A stretch of 64,000 bases of DNA from positions 19,880 through 83,879 of the forward strand of contig PFXJ01000025.1 of assembly GCA_002791595.1 (NCBI GenBank), read 5' to 3'. Below are positions 59,558-64,000 of this stretch, piece after piece (within the stretch, counting starts at the first letter, position 1; the number at the start of each line of letters is the position of its first letter). A program made the position numbers and the translations under genes. Origin of the DNA: a candidate division Zixibacteria bacterium CG_4_9_14_3_um_filter_46_8 (lineage in GTDB: Bacteria; Zixibacteria; MSB-5A5; UM-FILTER-46-8). Under the pieces are notes generated by a model. It had not been told where the DNA came from. It ran no database searches and saw nothing but the letters and a program-made list of their open reading frames with translations.

Positions 59558-59872
59558 CTATATAATCTCACCGCACTTTTTGCAAATCCTGACCCTTTTA
59601 CCATCTTCCAGTTCCCGGCTGCCGAGTTTCGCCAAGGAATTGCATCTATTGCATAAATACATAACATTCGAGACATCGATCGAAGCTTCCTTCGAAATTA
59701 TGCCGCCCTTACGATTGTGCGAACTGGGACGACTGTGGCGTTTGATCATATTTACACCTTCAATAATGATCCGCCTTCGTTCGGGAAAGACCACCAACAC
59801 CTTTCCGGTCTTGCCCCTATCATTTCCGGAAATAACTCTTACTGTATCATCCTTCTTGATTCTCATTGACAT
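59558..59872 (-). CDS. rplX: 50S ribosomal protein L24
   Basis: KOW motif [18 protein letters not shown]. Confidence 0.97.
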   Translation of the reverse strand: MSMRIKKDDTVRVISGNDRGKTGKVLVVFPERRRIIIEGVNMIKRHSRPSSHNRKGGIISKEASIDVSNVMYLCNRCNSLAKLGSRELEDGKRVRICKKCGEII

Positions 59873-59893
59873 AGTGAAACCCTCAAATCCAGA

Positions 59894-60262
59894 TCACAAA
59901 ACCTCAGGCGCTAACGATACGATTTTCATAAATTGTTTTTCCCGCAACTCGCGGGCCACCGGCCCAAAAATACGCGTTCCCCGCGGTTCCTTCTGTTCAT
60001 TTATGATCACAGCCGCGTTATCAGAGAATCTGATATAAGAACCGTCTTTGCGGCGGGTTTCGCGTCTGGTGCGGACCACCACCGCTTTGCAAACCTCGCT
60101 TTTCTTGACAGTTCCTCCGGGAATCGCATCCTTCACCGTAACCACGATAATATCTCCAATTCTAGCATAACGTCGCCGGGTTCCTCCAAGTATACGGAAA
60201 CACATCACTTCCTTGGCACCGGAATTATCAGCAACAACCAGTTTCGAATATTCTTGAATCAT
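59894..60262 (-). CDS. rplN: 50S ribosomal protein L14
   Basis: [26 protein letters not shown]. Confidence 0.98.
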   Translation of the reverse strand: MIQEYSKLVVADNSGAKEVMCFRILGGTRRRYARIGDIIVVTVKDAIPGGTVKKSEVCKAVVVRTRRETRRKDGSYIRFSDNAAVIINEQKEPRGTRIFGPVARELREKQFMKIVSLAPEVL

Positions 60263-60301
60263 ACAAACCTCAATCCATTTCCTCCAAAGCCGCTTTCCAT
60301 A

Positions 60302-60559
60302 CTACTTTGCTCTTTCCAATATTTCGGTCAAGCGCCAACGTTTTAGTTTGGACAATGGCCGTGATTCCATAACTTTCACAACATCCCCGATTCCGCATTC
60401 GTTATTCTGGTCGTGAATATAGAGTTTGGACGTCGATTTTATGATCTTGCCATAGACTGGGTGCCGCGTTTTCCTTTCGAATGCTACAACTGCGGTCTTG
60501 TCCATCTTATTAGAAACGACTGTACCAATTCTGATTTTTCTAAAATTCCTCAAAGACAT
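60302..60559 (-). CDS. rpsQ: 30S ribosomal protein S17
   Basis: [26 protein letters not shown]; start ATG 60559. Confidence 0.97.
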   Translation of the reverse strand: MSLRNFRKIRIGTVVSNKMDKTAVVAFERKTRHPVYGKIIKSTSKLYIHDQNNECGIGDVVKVMESRPLSKLKRWRLTEILERAK

Positions 60560-60580
60560 CCAAATCCTCAAACAATTACA

Positions 60581-60835
60581 CTAACTATTTTCCTGTTTTG
60601 CTTTGTCTCCGGAGACTGCGGAAGCCGCTTTATGATTTATCGCAATAGGGCGATTTTCATTAAGTATCGTTTTTATTTTCGCTATTTCCCGTCGTAATAT
60701 CCGTATCTTGAGTGGATTCTCGATCTGCTGAACTGAGCGACGGAATTTCAAATTAAAAAGATCCTCTTCGATGTCATGGCGCCGTTGCTCCATTTCCTCT
60801 ACGGTCATATCTCGAATCTGACTGGGCTTTAACAT
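60581..60835 (-). CDS. rpmC: 50S ribosomal protein L29
   Basis: LFNLKF, ENPLKIR..RREIAKIKT. Confidence 0.95.
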   Translation of the reverse strand: MLKPSQIRDMTVEEMEQRRHDIEEDLFNLKFRRSVQQIENPLKIRILRREIAKIKTILNENRPIAINHKAASAVSGDKAKQENS

Positions 60836-60854
60836 ATTTCTACTTGCTCCGGAA

Positions 60855-61262
60855 TTAATGTCTTGTCACAAACTTTGTCTTTATTGGCAATTTGGCCGCC
60901 GCCAAAGCCATAGCCTCTTTGGCCAGATCCTCCGTCACGCCTTCCACTTCAAATAATATCCTGCCCGGCTTAACGACTGCCACCCAACCCTCAGGAACAC
61001 CTTTTCCTTTTCCCATTCTGGTCTCAGCCGGTTTTTTGGTGATCGATTTATCTGGGAAAATCCTGATCCATACTTTTCCACCGCGTTTGATATGTCTGGT
61101 GAGAGCAACACGGGCGGCCTCGATCTGACGATTCGTAATCCAGGCAGGTTGAAGCGCCTTTAAGCCATATTCACCGAAATCCACGTGTGAACCGCGGTAT
61201 GCCTTTCCCGTGCGCCGGCCTCGATGCATCCGGCGGTACTTCACCCTCTTAGGCATTAACAT
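60855..61262 (-). CDS. rplP: 50S ribosomal protein L16
   Basis: [21 protein letters not shown]. Confidence 0.98.
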   Translation of the reverse strand: MLMPKRVKYRRMHRGRRTGKAYRGSHVDFGEYGLKALQPAWITNRQIEAARVALTRHIKRGGKVWIRIFPDKSITKKPAETRMGKGKGVPEGWVAVVKPGRILFEVEGVTEDLAKEAMALAAAKLPIKTKFVTRH

Positions 61263-62109
61263 CGCCGCTATCCTCCTTCATACTCCCGCTTCCACCATTT
61301 TCCCGGATCCTTTGGGAATCACCAGCATCGGAAAAGCCCCCACTACCCGCACTTTCAGCGGGACGAGGCCTGCGGCGCCGCCTGCGCCGATGCGCCGGAG
61401 CGTCAGCCCTATTATTAGGCTGTTCCTTTCTGGTTTCCATAACTCTCTCGGGAGCCACTAATCCCTCGACCTGCTCTTCATGCTCTCCATAAATCTCGCC
61501 CTTACAAATCCACACCTTCACTCCAATAGTGCCATACGTGGTATGCGCGGTGGCTGTGGCATAATCAATATCGGCTCGGAGAGTATGAAGAGGAACACGA
61601 CCTTGATGATACTTTTCATTGCGAGCAATTTCCGCACCACCCAGCCGTCCACCGCAGACAATTTTGATCCCAACCGCCCCCATCTTCATAGCTGAGGTAA
61701 CTGCCTTTTTCATCGCACGCCGAAATGAGATACGGCCTTCGAGCTGACGCGCAATACCATTGGCTACCAAGCTGGAATCCATCTCCGGTTTCTTAACTTC
61801 AATGATGTTTAGAAGTATTTCCTTGCCGGTCAAAAGCTGCATTTCCTCTCTCAACTTATCAACCTCGGAACCCTTGCGTCCGATAACAACTCCCGGCTTT
61901 GCAGTGTAGATATCAACGGTAACTCTCTTTGGGGCACGAAGTATCTCTACTTTTGATAGGCCGGCGTGCTCCAAACGCTTTTCGGTGTATCTCCGAATCA
62001 GAAGGTCTTCTTTCAAAAGGCCGGCAAAATTCTTTTCATCAAACCACTTCGAATTCCAAGTCCTTATGACGCCTAACCTGAAGCCTATTGGGTGTGTTTT
62101 CTGTCCCAA
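61249..62109 (-). CDS. rpsC: 30S ribosomal protein S3
   Basis: [33 protein letters not shown]. Confidence 0.98.
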   Translation of the reverse strand: MGQKTHPIGFRLGVIRTWNSKWFDEKNFAGLLKEDLLIRRYTEKRLEHAGLSKVEILRAPKRVTVDIYTAKPGVVIGRKGSEVDKLREEMQLLTGKEILLNIIEVKKPEMDSSLVANGIARQLEGRISFRRAMKKAVTSAMKMGAVGIKIVCGGRLGGAEIARNEKYHQGRVPLHTLRADIDYATATAHTTYGTIGVKVWICKGEIYGEHEEQVEGLVAPERVMETRKEQPNNRADAPAHRRRRRRRPRPAESAGSGGFSDAGDSQRIRENGGSGSMKEDSGDVNA

Positions 62110-62191
62110 TTATTCCTCCAAAACCTTCGCATTTAATGCCCCAATTTTCTCGCTGGCCAACATCATTTCTCCACTTTCCTGCATCGCCGTC

Positions 62192-62596
62192 CTATTTTTC
62201 CCCGGCTTTGGCTTTTACCTTTGTTTTCTCGTGAGCGGCCTTGCGTTCGGGCAGGATGTCGAGCTTCACTTTGACATGTGAAGTCCTTTTGCGAACGCGA
62301 TATGCCCTTCCCATTGGGGCAGGCAGTATGCGCTTCCAAGTTGGGCCGCCATCAATTTGAATCTCTTTGATATATAGATCCTCAGCCTTGATTTTCGCTG
62401 ATCCCTCGGAGCTGATTGCATTGGAAGCGGCTGACTTTATAGTCTGCATCAATGCATGCGAAGCTGCTTTGGGGACAAAGTAAAGCGTTTCCAGCGCCTT
62501 CTCAACACCCATGCCGCGTACCAAATCCGCCACGCGCCGCACCTTGCGCGGGGACATCCTCAGGTATCTTAATTTAGCTTTATATTCCACAACCAC
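62192..62596 (-). CDS. rplV: 50S ribosomal protein L22
   Basis: RMSPRKVR, SAASNA, KRTSH. Confidence 0.97.
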   Translation of the reverse strand: MVVEYKAKLRYLRMSPRKVRRVADLVRGMGVEKALETLYFVPKAASHALMQTIKSAASNAISSEGSAKIKAEDLYIKEIQIDGGPTWKRILPAPMGRAYRVRKRTSHVKVKLDILPERKAAHEKTKVKAKAGEK

Positions 62597-62601
62597 AAAC
62601 C

Positions 62602-62889
62602 TTATTTTAGAGATACTTTCCGTTCAGTCAATTTGCCGGCATGTCCTCGAAAGATTCTGGTTGGAGCAAATTCCCCCACCTTATGTCCGACCATATTTTC
62701 AGTAACAAAGACCGGGATGAATTTATTCCCATTATGGACTGCCAGTGTATGGCCAACAAATTCCGGCGGTATCGTAGATCTTCGGGCCCAGGTCTTAATG
62801 ACCTTTTTTGCACTGGTGCGATTCAGATCATCAATCTTCTTCTTCAGATTAAGGTCAATGAAGGGCCCTTTTTTTAGCGATCTTCCCAT
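62602..62889 (-). CDS. rpsS: 30S ribosomal protein S19
   Basis: [28 protein letters not shown]. Confidence 0.98.
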   Translation of the reverse strand: MGRSLKKGPFIDLNLKKKIDDLNRTSAKKVIKTWARRSTIPPEFVGHTLAVHNGNKFIPVFVTENMVGHKVGEFAPTRIFRGHAGKLTERKVSLK

Positions 62890-62911
62890 ATCTATCGAAT
62901 ACTCCTCTGCC

Positions 62912-63739
62912 TTATTTCTTTCCCCGGCGTTTCACTATATATTTGTCAGATATTTTGGCCACTCGAGTCTTTAGACCCTTGGATAATAATCCCCAGGGAG
63001 AGCAAGGATGACGGCCGCCTGAACTCTTGCCTTCACCGCCACCCATGGGATGGTCAACCGGGTTCATCGCCACACCACGGACCGAGGGCCGTATGCCCAG
63101 CCATCGGGAACGGCCAGCCTTTCCGAAACTAATATTCTCGTGATCAATATTACCGATCTGACCGATGGTGGCATAATTCGTCAAGTGCACTAACCTGACC
63201 TCGCCCGAGGGCAATTTCAGATGAGCGAATTTCCCTTCTTTTGCGAGAAGCTCCGCAAAAGTGCCGGCACCCCTCGCCAGTTGACCCCCTTTCCCCTTCC
63301 TAAGCTCTATGTTATGGACGCTCAACCCTAAAGGAATATTGCCTAACGGCATAGTATTGCCGACTTTGAATTCCACGTTCTCGCCAGATTGGAGTGTGTC
63401 CCCAACCTTTAATCCCAATGGAGAAATGATATATCTTTTCTCGCCATCTGCATATTGCAATAACGCAATATTTGAGGACCTGTTAGGATCATATTCGATT
63501 CCGGTCACGATGGCCGGGATGCCGACTTTGTCCCGCTTAAAATCAATAATTCTATAGCGCCGCTTATGGCCACCACCCTGATGCCTGGTGGTAATGCGCC
63601 CAAGGTTATTGCGGCCGCCCATTTTCTTTAGCGGGCGAAGAAGCGATTTTTCAGGCTCAGATTTGGTGATTTCTGCAAAATCCGAAATCTGCTTCCATCT
63701 CAATCCTGGAGTATGTGGTTTAAACTTTTTAAGTCCCAT
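62912..63739 (-). CDS. rplB: 50S ribosomal protein L2
   Basis: [23 protein letters not shown]. Confidence 0.98.
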   Translation of the reverse strand: MGLKKFKPHTPGLRWKQISDFAEITKSEPEKSLLRPLKKMGGRNNLGRITTRHQGGGHKRRYRIIDFKRDKVGIPAIVTGIEYDPNRSSNIALLQYADGEKRYIISPLGLKVGDTLQSGENVEFKVGNTMPLGNIPLGLSVHNIELRKGKGGQLARGAGTFAELLAKEGKFAHLKLPSGEVRLVHLTNYATIGQIGNIDHENISFGKAGRSRWLGIRPSVRGVAMNPVDHPMGGGEGKSSGGRHPCSPWGLLSKGLKTRVAKISDKYIVKRRGKK

Positions 63740-63757
63740 TTATTATCTCCGTACCGA

Positions 63758-64000
63758 TTACACGGCCTCCACCAAATCTATCTTTTGTCCGGCCTCAAGA
63801 GTCACGATGGCTTTTTTCCAGCTCGACCGTCTGCCCGAAAATCGCCCCAAGGTTTTCATTTTTCCCTGCAATCTCATAGTGCGAACGTCCTTGACCTTGA
63901 CATTAAAGAGCTTCTCGACTGCCCGCTTGATTTCAAGCTTATTAGCATCCATTGCGGTTTCAAAGAAATACTGATTTGATTTTTCCTGAAGATGTGATCC
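63758..64000 (-). CDS. rplW: 50S ribosomal protein L23 (5' truncated by window edge)
   Basis: Open to the window end; [22 protein letters not shown]. Confidence 0.96.
   Translation of the reverse strand, partial: GSHLQEKSNQYFFETAMDANKLEIKRAVEKLFNVKVKDVRTMRLQGKMKTLGRFSGRRSSWKKAIVTLEAGQKIDLVEAV

Noticed and set aside
278..63979. Numerous antisense and overlapping ORFs in the track (e.g. 2249..2860, 7270..7902, 30531..31178, 48757..49353, 54276..54851)
   Set aside because: Shadow frames of well-supported genes, with no independent motifs
1..64000. CRISPR array, tRNA/rRNA, prophage, integrase or defence system
   Set aside because: No repeat-spacer pattern, cloverleaf, rRNA-like sequence or matching proteins seen; intergenic gaps are short

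Overview
Gene-dense bacterial chromosomal segment, mostly on the minus strand. The organism is a diderm (BamA/Skp/LpxD) that makes secreted proteins with 'QNYPNPFN...YFY...MxLxK' C-terminal sorting domains, which suggests an FCB-superphylum lineage such as Zixibacteria (inference). Left to right: 3' end of secA; ccdA; a RomR-like response regulator; rhomboid; bamA-skp-lpxD; a lone rplU; a long yebC-ruvCAB-queH-queA-dedA-ddl-HAD-M42-cysS run; an ATPase-less carbohydrate ABC importer; a peptidoglycan-peptide recycling operon (alr, NlpC/P60, dipeptide epimerase, amidase). Next comes an accessory island at about 26.7-32.8 kb with a MITE/REP-like element and tandem paralogous secreted Asp-box beta-propeller proteins. 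After that are a fatty-acid synthesis operon extended by two acyl-CoA dehydrogenases and EtfB, a LipM-like ligase, mntP, PBP1A, deoB-cdd-pdp, and the alpha/spc/S10 ribosomal protein superoperon up to a partial rplW. No rRNA, tRNA, CRISPR array, transposase or prophage was seen. The best leads for novelty are: (1) an unannotated 31-codon ORF coupled between queH and queA in which 13 of 31 codons are queuosine-decoded NAY codons; (2) the tandem secreted beta-propeller family; (3) the FAS-linked acyl-CoA dehydrogenase pair, one copy of which has Asp in place of the catalytic Glu; (4) the RomR-like polarity regulator behind a sigma28-type promoter. All calls come from reading the sequence by eye; no database searches were run.
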